Assembly: GCA_013265495.1 (NCBI GenBank)
Contig: MU058198.1
Coordinates: 7,703,779 to 7,767,778 of the forward strand
DNA: 64,000 nucleotides
Direction: 5' to 3'
Origin: Vicugna vicugna
Lineage: Eukaryota
Under the pieces are notes generated by a model. It was not told where the DNA came from. It worked only from the letters and a program-made list of their open reading frames with translations, and made no database searches. Every line of letters starts with the position of its first letter. Position 1 is the first letter of the stretch. The position numbers and the translations under genes are program-made. This document shows positions 1 to 14,840 of this stretch, in pieces.

Positions 1-70
1 TGGGGTAAGAGCATGGGGAAAGAGATGTGGGAATTGCTTCCCTGTAACTGCGGCGTCCCAGAGCCACCTG

Positions 71-3000
71 TCAACAGCCGGCTGGTTGGCCTGTCAAGGA
101 GAGGAAGGAGGGTGGGGTTGATCTTGTCCTCACAGCTTCCCTCCCTCCCTCCCTCCAAGGAAGAGGAAGGCAGTGCTCCTTAGGCCCCATGACAGATGGG
201 AAGAGTGAGGTTTGAAGAGGTCAAGAGGCGTGCTTCAAGTCAAACAGAGACGAAGAGCCAGGACTTGAATCCAGATAGGTCTGTCCTCTGCTCCACCCCA
301 CCCAGGGCAGCTCCAGGTGGGTCAGGACAGATCCTGCCCTAGATCGAGAGAGAAGCGGTCTGGAGAGGCAGATGTTGACAGGGAGGCCCCAGGGCCACAT
401 ACTCGTGTTCACAGGGCAGCTTCCAGGCTCAATCTCAGGCTCTGGCTCCTCAGCGAAGTAGACCTGCCAGTCCAAACTGCTGACCCAGTTCTCATAGGTG
501 GGGAGCGCCGCAAAGACAGCAGGTCTTGCAGGGCCTTGGCAGGCATCGCCGAAGCTATGCAGCCCAGCCAGGAACCACGTGCCCCTCACCTCGTGCACCA
601 GCGGTGCCCCCGACAGGCCCTGTCAGGGGTTAAGGGACACTGAGTGACTTCCATTTCTCCCCAGGTAGCTGCAGGGGGCAGAAGGGGCCTGGGCTGAGGC
701 TCTGGCTACTTGGGAGCCAGATGGCAGAAAGGCTGATTTAGGTGAAAGGTGGGTCTGAGGCCGAGCATGGCAGGAGGTCTGTTCATGAGTGGCAGAGTGA
801 GGGGTCTGTGGAGTGAAGTTTGGGGGACTGGGGCTCACCTCGCAGCCGGGCGGCTCACCCACAACACTGGTACACACCATCCCTGACAGAATGGGGATGC
901 TGTCGCTCCCAAGGGCCGCATGCAGGCGGCTACAGGCCTTGGGCCCCAAGATGGTCACAGGCACTGTCTGAGGGGAGCTGGTGCCTGCAGGATGAAGGAG
1001 AAGACCTAGCTGCCGCCATGGCCTGTAGACTGGATGCACAGCTGCTGGTGGCCCTGACCTACCTACATACCTGCTCCTTGGCGGGCTAGCCCCAGGACCC
1101 AGCCGCGTTCCCCATCGGGCAGGCGGTGGTCATCATAGGGCAGGCAGAGGGGCCGCAGGCTGGGACCTAGTGTTACGGGCTGGGCCAGCAGCAGGAGGGC
1201 CACGTCGTAGCCCCCTTCCGGGTGGGTATATGCCCCATGCAGGATGACTTGCTTCAGGCCCCGCTCCTCTGATTCAGCTGCCAGGCCTACAGTCCATTCC
1301 TCTGGGGTCTGGCGCCTGTGTAAGGACAGCGTTGACAGCACTGGGTGGCAGAGCTGCCAGCAAGGGTGCAGGCACAAAGATGAGGGAGACAGGGCTCACC
1401 CAATGAAGCAGTGGGCAGCAGTCAGCACCACCTCCTCTGACACTAGGGCTCCGCCACAGGCCAGCTTCCCTTGGTGCTTCAGCCTGGCGTCCCAGGGCCA
1501 TGGGGAGGGAGCTCCTGCCCGGGGGCCTTCTCTCCTCAAGGATCCACAGGCTGAAACAGATGGATTACATCATCTGCTTTCTTGCTAAGTGCTCACTGCA
1601 TGCCAGGCCCTGAGCTAAGCGTTTCCCACGTGCTATCAAATATCCTCACAATGTCCTTTTAAGCTGAATATTTGTTATCCTCATTACCAAAGTTATCCAA
1701 AGTTTCAGAGAGGTTAAGTGACTTTCCAGCTCAGTAACCACCAGCAAGTAGCTGACTAGGGATTCAAAACCCATGGCCTAAGCTTTTAACCCTGATGGTC
1801 CAATCTCATGGGAGTGGCCTGCTCATCCTTCCCCAACCCCACCTGTCTGCACCCCTCTGGGCTTGGACTGGCCCCAGAACTCCTGGCTCATTAGTGCTTC
1901 TCTTACCATCAAGACAGAGCTTCCTTCCTGGGAATTACTTTATATGCAATTTGCATGTTAGTCACTTAATGCCAAAATTAATGCCCGACTGAGCAGGAGC
2001 CCTACCCTGTCCAATCTTGCTGAGTCCCTGCTTGGAAATATGTAGCTTACCCCTAAACCATCAATCAGATCTCAGAAATCCCTCTTTACCCAAACTACAA
2101 GTGGATAAAGTTCCAAGGCGTCTATGCCTCTTAGCCTCAACGGGGCTCTTCCCATCCTAGGGGTGGAAAGGGGCCTTAAAAGCCCCCTCGTTAGCCCCTG
2201 GCAGTGTGTAGACACCCTGTACCAGTTCTCTATTCTGAGCTGAAATTTGTTCCACTGTGGCTTCCACTCGCTGCCTGGAAGTCCTCATGCAGGCCTGGGG
2301 GAGGTCCCCACATGTCCCATTCCTAACACCTGCTGCTCATACCTACACAGCTGTCCTCATCACTGATCTCCGGGGTCTCAGGGTCCTGAGCTAGGAAGGC
2401 TGCCCCCTGAGCTCGAGCCTGCAGCCAGGAGCTGTGAGTAGCCATGTTGGTCAGCAGCACAGGAGTGTCTTCCTGGGCACAGCTTGATGCGAAACTGATG
2501 ATCCCAGCTTGAACCCAGTGTCCATCAGGTTCGCGGCACAGCACCGGGCCCCCGGAATCTCCCTGGAGCCAGGCAGTGTTGTCAAGGGCAGACACCTGAG
2601 CACCAGCCCTGGGCGGACACCCTCTACCTGCGGTCCTCCCACCCGTCCCTGTGGATTGAGGCTAGGCTCCCTCCCCTTCTTGTCCCCTGTCATCCTCCTC
2701 AGACCTGACAGGGCCCCTGCACCCCGGGCTCGGGACCCCCACACAGCATCCCAGACCGGGCTGGGCTGGCCAGCAGCCGCTGGTGCAGCCGATTGTAGAG
2801 ACAGTTACACGTAGGGCGGCTGATTAGACGCAGGTGCAGATTCCGTAGGGTCCTGGGAGCTGGCAAAAGAGAAGGGGTTGGGACCAGAGTCTGGGCTCTG
2901 CAGAGCAAGGGAGACAGGGAATGGGGACAGTTGGCAGCTGAAGCTGTGTGACCCTGGGCACATTCCTCTCTGGGCTGTAGTCTGGGCCAGCACTTACCAT

Positions 3001-4865
3001 CACTGGTATCCTGATCCCAGCCAGTGGCCCAGCAGGAGGTCCCAAAGGGGAAGCGATGGGCAGGTTGGGGCAAGCAGATGGGTGTGTGGGCCATGGGGTG
3101 GGCAAGCTGTAACAGGGCCAGGTCTGAGCCCTGGCTATAGTGGTTATAGGCCCTGGGCAGCTGCAGAGCAGTCACCCCCACCTCCTCAGCCCCTGGGCTT
3201 AGCCCCTCACGCTGCAGAGATCCCAGAACAACTGACCAGGAGTTCAGTTCAGTCACTGCCGCCCTGGAAGGGGAGGGACAAGACCCAGGCATTGAGTGCA
3301 AAGGGGGACACCATGGGAGCCAGCACAAAGTAGGTGAAAGAGGGGCCAAAACCTGTGGCTTTAAGCAAAGTCTACCCTTCTCCCAACCTGTTTTCTCATT
3401 TGTAAGGCTTCTACCAAAAAGGTTGTTAATAGTTGTTGATAGTATGTACCTGGCACGCAGCGTGTTTTTAATAAATGGTACTTCTTTATTCTAGGGGCAG
3501 GGCTCAGTCTTGTGGGGTTTGGGGACAAATCACCCACCCTGAAAGCCAGAAACCCTGTTTGACCGCAGCCATGACTCACTTTTCAAAGCAGTGGGCTGCA
3601 GTTAGGACCCAGGTGTCCGCCACCAGGGAGCCGCTGCAAATGTGGACCCCCTGCCGCCTCACACTGGCCTGCCACGGCCACTCGCCAGCCACCGTGTTGC
3701 CCTCCTGAGGCTCTGGGGGGCCGGGGCCACGCTGCCCGCATGCTGTGGACAGGTGTAGGTCAGGTTGACAGCAGGCCCCTGTTCTGCCCTCACCCCAGGC
3801 CCAACCCAGACCCGAGTATGACCCAGGCCCCATGGCCCCAGAGCTTACCACGCTGAGCTGCTAGAAGACCTGGGGAGAGAGCGACACAGGTGAGACTTGG
3901 GGGAGGGAGCCTTACCTGCCTGACCCAGCCTTGGTGGAGGGGACAGGTTTGGGGGACTTGCCTGGGTCCTTGCCTATGACTCTGGGGCTACCTCACCAGC
4001 CCCTCCCAGAATGAAAATATTTATATGAGATCAAGAAACAGTTTTTATTGGAACCTATTCAGAGTGTACACTCAGTAATTAGTTCTCTCTTCGCTGTGCT
4101 CAGCACTCTTGGGCCCGAGGGGCAGGGCCTGGGGTTCATCTTGGGGCAAGGCCAGCCCTCCTTCAGGCTTCAGAACCCCCAACTCCTGCCCCCGCTGCTG
4201 AGTCAGGGAGGCAGCCCGTGCATGTGGAGAGCATTAGCTTAATTGTGCCCTTGGCTGTGGAGGCCTAAGAGGAAGGATTAGAGGCCTGCGTCATGTCCAA
4301 GCTGGGGAGGGCGCCGAGAGATTGAGACTCACCGCACCCGTGTTCTGACAACTCAGACTCCCCCACCTTTCCAGAATCTGCCAGAGACTCTACCAAAGGG
4401 TTCCCTGCCCTGCCTCTTCCCCATCACAGACACACACAAACATGCCCATTGAACATCTGAGCCAGGAGAGGTGGGTAGTAGGTAAAGACAGGGAGACTGA
4501 GGCCAAAGGGCCCCAGAACTTGCCTAACGCCATTCTGGAAGTAGAGAGGTAGACGGGGGCACAGGGTGCACACAGGCGTAATGACAGTTCCCGCACAACA
4601 TGTAGACTGTAATCCAGCTCAAGGAAGTCACACCCCTTTGGACACAGGTGGCCATATACACCTCCCCATGCACAGCCAGACACAGTTATGTGCCAAACTG
4701 TGACCCCACAGGCAGGCTCCCTTCACACACCTGCAGGGGCTGCTGGGGCAGAGGATGGCTTGTGAACCCCATACCACTTCCCACCCACCCAGATACGGGT
4801 GACTCACCCTCTACGAGGACCACCATTCCCAGGATGAGCAGCCCTGGTCCCCAGCTCTGCTTCAT
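71..4865 (-). CDS. PRSS53: Serine protease 53 (polyserase-3), two tandem trypsin-like domains, 553 aa, 11 coding exons
   Basis: Exons: 4808-4865, 3849-3869, 3580-3742, 2998-3263, 2705-2859, 2343-2562, 1400-1550, 1071-1315, 839-984, 403-619, 71-90. All GT-AG; total 1662 nt. Signal peptide [20 protein letters not shown]; domain 1 TAAHC/DLALL/GDSGGP; domain 2 TAAHC/DVALL/GLSGAP; ends SQPAGC*. Confidence 0.96.
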
Positions 4866-5738
4866 GCTGCTCCAGGGCACTCTGCCGCCTGTGCTCTGGT
4901 TCCTGGAGAAGCCACCTGGGTCTTCCTAGCTCCACCTCTGCTCCACCCCCAACTTGCTACGACTCAGGTGTCATTGCCTTTCTTGGGCTGGAAGGGAGCC
5001 AGCAGTTCCTAGCTCTGGGGCTGTGGCTGTGACCCTGGGCTCTTCACCACCTCTCCCTGAGCCTCTGCCATGCCCAGACTGGGTTCAAATCCCAGGTCCC
5101 CCACTGACTACTTGAGTGACCTTGGACAGCTAATCTGCCTGTGCCTTATCTGAAAAACTCAGAATTGTTGAACATAAAGATGCTTAGACTGAAGCCTGGC
5201 AGAGTAAACTTGCTCCCAGCATGGAAGCTGTCCCCCAGGAACAGGTGAAGGGCCCTCCCAGTTCTCACTTTTCATTTCTGCTTCCCTGCCTCTCTCCCAG
5301 GCCTAGGTCCAACTGGGTTTTGCATACCTTCCCCCGCTACGTTGCTTCAGAGGCAGGGTGTGCAGGGCTGTATCGAGGGGCCAAGGCTGCTTCCTGCTAG
5401 GTATGACAGCAGCAAATCTCAATGCCTCTCTGTCACCTTCCCGGGAAACAGAGTTACACCTCATAGGTGCTGGAAGACTCAATTAGGAGGGAAGAACACT
5501 TGGTGAACCCTTTTTCCCTTCCTGGCTTCTAACTTGGGACAGCCCAGACTGTTCAGGAACCCTGACCCCAACCCAGAGGCAGCTGTGGCTCCAATTAAGA
5601 GTACAGATACTGAAGCCAGATGGCCCTGATGGATTCAAGTCCTGAGGGCTCCCTAACCCCCTCCCCAAAACTAGCTGTGTGATCTTAGGCAAGTTACTTA
5701 GCCTCCCTGTACCTCAGTCTCCTTATCAAGATAGGGAT

Positions 5739-6085
5739 ACAGTTGGTCCTCTGTATCCACAGGTTCTGCATCTGTGGCAGATTCAACCAAACACAGATCA
5801 AAAAAAAAAAAATCCAGAAAGTTCCAAAAAGCAAAACTTGAGTTTGCTGCTTGCCAGCAACTAGTTACATAGCATTTACATTGTATTTACAACTATTCAC
5901 ATTGTATTAGATGTAAGTAATCTAGAGATGACTTAAAAGTATAACTTGAAGTATATGGGAGGATGTGTGCAGGGTATATGCAAATTCTATGTCATTTTCT
6001 ATAAGGGACTTGAGCATCCTTGGATTTTGGTTTAGGGAGTGGGTAGGTCCTGGAACCAGTCCCCTGCGGATACCAAGGGGTGACT
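5739..6085. mobile_element. MER2-like (TcMar-Tigger) DNA transposon fossil inserted in a MIR
   Basis: Begins cagttggtcctctgtatcc and ends ggataccaaggggtgact, an imperfect terminal inverted repeat; MIR-like sequence on both sides. Family name from recall. Confidence 0.7.
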
Positions 6086-6632
6086 TTAATAATAATACCT
6101 ACCTCATTCCGTTGCTGTAAGGATTGAATGAGTTGACACATATCATGTTATTAAACAATGCTTCACATGTGGATGAGTGCTTAGTACACATTTGGAGAAA
6201 CAAAACAAAACAAAACAAAACACTCACAACCTGCCCCTGGCCCTCTAGGGCCATCAAGACTGGCTTGAGTTGGCAAATAAGGCAGCTGGAGGGATTAAAT
6301 TTAGACTATAGGAAAAATTTCCCAGCAAGCATGCACAGAATCAGAAGGGCAGCTCACCCTTGCAAGTGCACTCTTGGCCCTCCCAGAAGACGAGGCCTGG
6401 CTTCTGTAGGCAGCAAGGACAAGCTGCCAGCCAGTTTCCTGGGGGTGGGGCTAATGGCACCCCAGGTCTTGCTGACTCCACATCCTGGAGAAGGGACTAA
6501 CCATCCTTCCCAGGTGGGCCCTCCTCTGCCTCTGACTCATATTTTCTGGTCCCAGAGGAGGAAAGACTGGGGAAGGCCCAACGCTAAGGGTCCCTGGCCA
6601 ACAGATGGCTCAGACTTGATTAATTAAGAAAC

Positions 6633-6638
6633 TTTATT
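6633..6638 (-). terminator. VKORC1 polyadenylation signal AATAAA
   Basis: tttatt on the + strand, about 240 nt past the VKORC1 stop codon. Confidence 0.8.
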
Positions 6639-6873
6639 GTTCTGAAACTTCCCTTCTTGGGCAACAGCAGGAGCTTTAGAAATCAGCCCTTGGGGACAGA
6701 GCCAAAGGCACTAACATGGAGGAAAGAGTGTGGCATGATTGGTCCATTGTCCTGTGGGGGAATATGGTGAGGGCAGGCTGCAGACTCTTCTAAGGACCCA
6801 GACCTGGCCCCCTTAGGCAAAGGTCACATGCCAAAGCAGAGCAAATGTGATCAGCCTGGCTTGGGGTGAGGGC

Positions 6874-8624
<1,751 letters not shown>

Positions 8625-8689
8625 TCACGGAGCAGGCCCCAGGAGCGAGAAGGGAACCTGCCAAATCAGGCCCGGCCTCTCCCGCCACT

Positions 8690-8880
8690 CGGACTGGGCG
8701 ATTGGCCTGCTAATCTCGCACTCCCTGATCCAATTGGTTGTTTCTAGGACCTGGCAGGCGTGCTGCCTGCGTAGGAAAACAGTTGAGGAATGCTGGGACT
8801 GGAAAACCAGCTTAAGAAACGTGGGTATTTACGGCTTTGGAGGCCTGCCGGGAATGATGGGAGTTGTAGTCAGAGCGGCC
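8690..8880 (-). promoter_or_regulatory. VKORC1 CpG-rich promoter with CCAAT boxes and a ZNF143/THAP11-type motif
   Basis: attgg at 8701-8705 and ccaattgg near 8730; reverse-strand ACTACAACTCCCA at 8858-8870; directly upstream of exon 1. Confidence 0.7.
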
Positions 8881-9555
8881 GCAATGCCTCAAGGGTAATG
8901 GAGTTTCCGGAGTTTTAAAAACTATATTAATCTCAGAGTAACAGGATATAACGCTGTTCTATGCCAAGCCTTGTTCTGACTTTGGAACATCAGGACCTAG
9001 AGACCAGCGGATCAGGGAATTTAGCGAATACTGTAATCGAATCAAGAACCTAGCATTTCCCCTGAAATGATTATCAGACTCTACTACGGCTATAACCTCC
9101 AATCAGCCTAGCTTGCTCAGCCTTTCCCTCCTGCCACATCAGCGCCTCCTGCTGGCCGATCTCTCTCTCCGTTTCTCCCCTGCATTCCCAGCTCCATCAC
9201 CGTGGCCATACCCTGAGGGTATCATAACCTGTGTTCCAGTGAAGTGGCGCCTGGCAAAACCTAAGCCCTGGTCAACCCAACTGTCCCTCTTTCCAAGCCT
9301 TCCGTGAGCTAGCTGAGCTCTCCCCTTCACAGACATCGCATCTATTGATGACCCATCTCACCCATACCTTTCCTTCCTTCTCATCTGCATTGAAACTTTT
9401 CCCCATTTTGGAAGCTGCCGCAAATACCCTTTCACATTCAAGTTTTGGGAGGCAAAATTTAACGCTCCCATCCTTTACTTCCTCACTTCCTTGCTGCCCA
9501 GCACACCATAAACTAGCTCCTGCCCCCTAGTACTCTCCTGACAACTAATAGCTGG

Positions 9556-10145
9556 TGTTAATATAGGAAAAATGGGGCACTAGAGGATGGTCGTGTCCCA
9601 GGTTTCTGGGATGCTCCCTGCCAAATGAGGGTCCTTGGCTTCACACAGGAAGGAATTCAAGAGCGAGCCATAGTTGGGTAAAAGTTGATTTATTTAGAAA
9701 GATGCACACTCCATAGACAGAATGTAGGCTGTCTCAGAAGCCCAAAGAGGTCATGAAGCGTGGAGGGATGTTAAGTTTAAAGTAAAAGTAGAAGTAAAAG
9801 TAGATACTCCATAGACAGCGTGCAGGCTATCTCAGAAGGTAAGAGAAAGCGAGGAGGTGGGGGGTTGTTAGTTTTTATGGGCTTGGTAACTTCATATGCT
9901 AACAAGTGGGAGGATTATTCCAACTACTTTGGGGAAGGGGATGGGATTGCCAGGAACTGGGCCACCACCCACTTTTTGACCTTTTATGGACCTCCGAACT
10001 GTCATGGCGCCTGTGGGAGTGCCATTAACATGCTAATATATTACAATGAGCGTATAATGAACCTCAAGTTCTACTGGAAGCCAAATCTTCAATTGCTGTG
10101 TCATTCCTTTAATGGTTGCACCCTGTCCCCTTCCCTCCTGTCTCA
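9556..10145 (-). mobile_element. Probable solo ERV LTR
   Basis: TG...CA termini, reverse-strand AATAAA near 9689, LTR-like internal duplication (actccatagacag twice). No clean target-site duplication seen; family not assigned. Confidence 0.55.
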
Positions 10146-10339
10146 GTGTCACTAGGATGCTAAATTCAGTGGATATTTTTCAGTTCTAATCATGCTTTTA
10201 CTAACAGTATTAGTCACTGTTGGCCACTCATTCCTGGGAATTCTCTCTTCTTCTGGATTCAGTGATATTTCACTCTCCTGCTGGCCCTCCTCCCTCTCTG
10301 GCTGCTCCTCACACCCACTCCTCTTCTTCCAGACAGGGT

Positions 10340-10951
10340 GGTCAGTGGAATAATGGTCCCCAAAGATGTCTGTGTCCTAATTCCTGGGGCCTGTGAACAT
10401 GTTACATGGCAAATGGGAATTAAGGGAGGAGGATATATTCAAGTGGTAAAGGACATGCCTAGCATGCATGAAGTCCTCGGTTCAAACCCCACTACCTCCT
10501 CTAAAAATAAATAAATAAACCTAATCCCCCCCAAAAAAAGATGGGGAAAAAATGGGAATTAAGGTTGCAGATGGAATTAAGGTTACTAATTTGCTGAGTT
10601 TTAAACAATGTAATTACAAGATTCTTTAAAAATGAAAAGGGCAGCAGAAGGGTCAGAGGGAGGTGTGACTACGGAAAAAAATCACTGAGAGATGCAATGC
10701 CTGCTGGCTTTGAAGATGGAGGAAGGGGATGATGAGCTAAGGAATGCAGGTTGCCTCTAGAAGCAGAAAAAGGCAAAGAAATGGATTCTCCCCTAGAGTC
10801 TCCAGAAAGGTACTACTGACATCTTGATTTTAGCCCAGTGAGACCCATGCCAGACTTCTGAACTACAGCATTATAAGATAATAAAATTCATGTTGTTTTA
10901 AGCTACTAAGTTTGTGGTAATTTGTTATAGCAGCAATAAGAAGCTAATACA
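10340..10951 (+). mobile_element. MLT1-type MaLR LTR interrupted by a SINE
   Basis: Typical MLT1 5' text (aatggtccccaaagatgtc...) and 3' end (tttgtggtaatttgttatagcagcaataagaagctaataca). Confidence 0.75.
10426..10549 (+). mobile_element. tRNA-derived short SINE (camelid type) with a 15-bp target-site duplication
   Basis: tRNA-like head with ggttcaaacccc B box and A-rich tail; aaatgggaattaagg duplicated at 10411-10425 and 10550-10564. Confidence 0.85.
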
Positions 10952-11209
10952 GAGGACTAGGACTTAGGCTAGTTTCTCACCTCTTCCCACAGTCTCCTGG
11001 AATGTTGCTTTCATCTGTGGCTGACTTCCGCAGAATGAGTGATCTCAGAGGGAGCAAGGTGGAAACCACAGTGTCTTTATGATTTAGCCTCAAAAGTTAC
11101 ATTGTCATTTCTTATTATCCTATTGGGTTGGGTCAGCCCTGTTCAATGTGGGAAGAGGCTTCAGAGTGATAAAGCCCACCAAGAGGTGGGAATCATTGAG
11201 GATTTATTA

Positions 11210-12015
11210 GTGTTCGGCAAATCACCACAAACATAATGGCTTAAAACAAAAACAATTATTTTCTTTTCTCTCACAGTTTTTATGGATTAGAAATTTGGGA
11301 CAAGCATTTTGGCTGGGCAGTTCTGGCTCATATCACTGCAGTCAGATGATGGCTAATGCTGGAACAGTGGGAGACTGATAACCTGGCATCTCTCTCCTTG
11401 GGGGTCTCAGGGCTATTCGTGAATCTATGTAGCCTCTCTATCCTGATAGAGGCTAGTTTGGGTTTCCTCATAGCATGGCACCCTCCCAGGCTACAACAGC
11501 CAGTTTCCAAAATTGTCCTCAATGATTTTCACCTCCATACCATTGTGTAGTTTATTCCCACACTAAATAGGACTGACCTGACCCAATAGGATAATAAGAA
11601 ATGATGGTTTGTGACTTTGGAGGCCAAGTCATTAAGATATTGTGACTTCCATCTTGCTTCCTCATAGATCACTCCCTCTGGGTGAAGCCAGTTGCCATGT
11701 CATGAGGACACTCAAGCAGCCCTAGGGAGAGGTCCACTTAGTGAGAAAGTGAGGCCTCTGGTCAACAGACAGCACTAACTTGCCGGGCATATGAGAGAGC
11801 CATCCTGGAAGTGGGTTCTCTCGCATCAGTTGAGGCTTCAGGTAGTTTCGGGCAGCATCTTGACTGCAACATCATAAGAGACCCTGAACCAGAAACACCT
11901 TGCTCGGCTGCTCCCAGATTCCTGATCCAAAGAAATTGTGTGAGATAATGTTTATTGTTTGGAACTGCTGTATTTTTAGGGTAATTTGCCACACAATAAT
12001 AGATGATTAATATAG
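11210..12015. mobile_element. Nested MaLR (MLT1-like) LTR fragments
   Basis: A minus-strand MLT1 3' end near 11215-11340 and a plus-strand MLT1 copy at about 11490-12013; boundaries approximate. Confidence 0.6.
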
Positions 12016-12178
12016 GGCAGTCAGATTACTTACCTGGCAGCTCAGGGCCCCAGTAAAAATGCTCTAGGGAGCCAAGTGGAAGCTTTTATGATCCAGCTTC
12101 AGAAGTCATCATATAGTAGTACCTCCACTGTAATCACAAGTCTGCTTAGTTGCAATGCAAAGGAACATAGAACTCCAC

Positions 12179-12300
12179 TTCTTTTTTGGTGTTTTTTTTT
12201 TACTTTTTTTTATTGAGTTATAGTCATTTTACAATGTTGTGTCAATTTCCAGTGTAAAGCACAATTTTTCAGCTATACGTGAACATACATATATTCATTC
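12179..12300 (-). mobile_element. 5'-truncated L1 3' end with target-site duplication
   Basis: Poly-T followed by tattgagttatagtcattttacaatgttgtg; agaactccac duplicated at 12169-12178 and 12301-12310. Confidence 0.75.
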
Positions 12301-12904
12301 AGAACTCCACCTCTTGATGCAAGAAGCATCAAAGTCATATTCTAAGATGTTCATGTGGGGTGGAGCATCTTTGGAAAACACAGACTGCCACATGAGGCAA
12401 CATTATTTTCTCCCATGTCTTCTCTTACTCCCTACAGAACACAGCTTCTGAGCTCTGACCTGAGCCCAGATGTCTCTCCTGGGCTCCAAACCCGATGGTA
12501 GAAACATCTCTTAAACATCACTACCTGAATGTCTCACAGACCGATCAGATGCAATACAATGCACCCAAAAGTGAACTCCTTACCTTCCCCAAACCCGTTC
12601 CTCCTCTGGGGTTTCCCATTTTAACCAAGTCCTGCTACCCCAATCCACCCAAGTCACTGTTCCTGGACTACTCTCTTACTCCTTGTAATCTATGCAGACC
12701 ACTACCCTGGTCACCATCATCACCTCCCATCTAGATAAAGGCAGTGGCCTCTTCACTGGTCTCTCAGATATATTTGTCCCTCAACTCAAGATACATTCTC
12801 CATACAACAATCAAAATGCTCCTTTAAAAATGTAAAGATGTAGTATTGTCACTCTGCCTTTCAATAGCATCCCATTTCAATAGCTCAGAGGAAAAAGCCC
12901 CAAA

Positions 12905-13345
12905 TTTCTTTCATTTGTTTAACAAATGTTTATTGATTACCTGTTATGTTCCAGGGATTGTGTTAGAAACTCAGGATTAATTGGTAAAGCAGACAGATAT
13001 TCATACTCTGGTTTTTCATTTTAGGAGAAAAAAAAGAGCAGTTAATATAATAAATACAAAAAGTATATAGTACGTTGCTAGTGATAACTGCTACAGATAA
13101 AATAAAGGGTAAAACAGAGTGAGGGGAATGGAGGTGATTGCAAATTTTAAATAGGATGATCAGGTTGGGCTTATTCAGCTGACATTTGGATAAAAGCTTA
13201 GAGGAAGTGAGGGAGTAAGCTATGTGGAAATCTAGGGGAAGGGTGTTCCAGGCAGAGGGAACAGCCAGTGAGAGGCCTTGAGGTGGAATATGTCTGCTGT
13301 ATGTAGGGAACAACAGTGGGGCCAGTGTGGTTGGAGCCAGGAGTA
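12905..13345 (-). mobile_element. L2 LINE fragment
   Basis: Recalled L2 3'-end text (ttcatttgtttaacaaatgtttattga... gtgttccaggcagagggaacagcc). Confidence 0.6.
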
Positions 13346-14077
13346 TGGGGGGTAAGGACGGAGAGAAAAGAGGTGAATGAGTCGTTAAATCTTTCTGGGC
13401 CTCTATCCCCTCATCTGTGAAATACGGATAATAATAGTACGTCTCTCAGAAGGTTGTTATGAAGATGGAATGAATACCTGTAACAAGAGTGCCTGATCAA
13501 CGGTGAGTGTTCTGGAGGTGGACTCGTGGAGTGCGTGTCTAATCTTCACCGCCGGGGGCAGCAGCGAGTCCCGGTCCGGTACTTGTCCAGCGCGCAGGGT
13601 CGAACGGGGTGAGGCCCTTGCCGGATGCCTCCCGCCTCTGTGGCAGCCACAGCCGCAGTCTCCCGCACTCCCCGCCACACCACGGCCACGTGGGCGTTAG
13701 AGTCCTGGGACGCTGCAAGCACTCCTTTGCTTCTCTGCGCACGCTGGCCTCCCCACTGGGAGCACCCGCCCCACTCCCTTCTTCCGCTGCTTCAAGCCCT
13801 GCCTGCCTCCCAGCCGCCTCCAGAGCAGAGTGGCCTCCCAACTTCACTCCAGGATATTGCCAGGATGTGGGGGGGAAAAGGGTGGGAATGGGAGGCAAAG
13901 AGAAAATCAAGACACTCAGGGATCCCCTTCCTGATAATCTATGCAGACTTTCCCCCAATTCCTCAGGCAGGCTAGCCAGTGGTGAAGGGTTCTAATTCTG
14001 CTGAAGTTTAAAGATCACTTTGGGCTCCAGAGATACCACCTGCTTCACTTACCCCTTTATTTTAAAATTTAAAGATA

Positions 14078-14236
14078 TTTATATAGCACAAGGAACTATA
14101 TTCAATACCTTACAATGGCCTATAATGAAGAAGAATATGAAAAAGAATATACATAGATATGTATGTATAAATGAATCACTTTGTTGTACACCACAAATTA
14201 ATGTAACATTGTAAATCGATTATACTTCAATTTAAA
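14078..14236 (+). mobile_element. Artiodactyl-type L1 3' end fragment
   Basis: tatatagcacaaggaactatattcaatacctt...tatacttcaat; a closely similar copy lies at about 50640-50830. Confidence 0.75.
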
Positions 14237-14294
14237 TTTTTTTTACTTAGAAAACACATAACTATGGTAAAGAAAAACCCAGTCAGTCCATGAA

Positions 14295-14324
14295 CACACA
14301 CACACACACACACACATACACACA
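14295..14324. repeat. (CA)n microsatellite
   Basis: Directly visible, one interruption. Confidence 0.9.
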
Positions 14325-14798
14325 CCCCCTGAAAAGTCTTTCTCTCGTCATCTCCTGCTTGGAAAAAGTCTTTTCATTGGTCTCTCTGTATTTGGTCTCA
14401 TTGATCCAATCCCTGCAGCCAGAGTGTTCTGTCTAAGGAGCAGATCTATCCAGTCAAAATTCTTCAGTGGCTTCTTAATCCCTCAGGACAAATGTGATTC
14501 CTTACTGTTCAAGACCTGGTTCTAGTCACTCCATTCAGTCTCTCTCCTCCCAGACTCCACATGGTTCCAGGCTCTTCTCTGTCCTACCATGTCCTTCCTA
14601 CTCATGCTGCATCTGTACCAATGTCCCAGTCCCCATCTGATGCTTCCATGGCCTCCTGTGCTGCTCTTAGCACGACTGATGACACAGAATTTGTCTTCCT
14701 CTTTGGGACAGGTCTATTTGCTTAATTCAACACCCAATCTCTTCTCCTAGCATAGAAAAGTCACCTAATCAGTGTTTGTTGCCAGAATGAATGAATGA

Positions 14799-14800
<2 letters not shown>

Positions 14801-14839
<39 letters not shown>
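14801..14839. repeat. (TAA)13 microsatellite
   Basis: Directly visible perfect trinucleotide run. Confidence 0.9.

Positions 14840-14840
<1 letters not shown>

Noticed and set aside
6124..6627. 167-aa plus-strand ORF between PRSS53 and VKORC1
   Set aside because: Starts at a TTG within MIR-derived sequence, crosses an (AAAAC)n run and has no recognisable homology.
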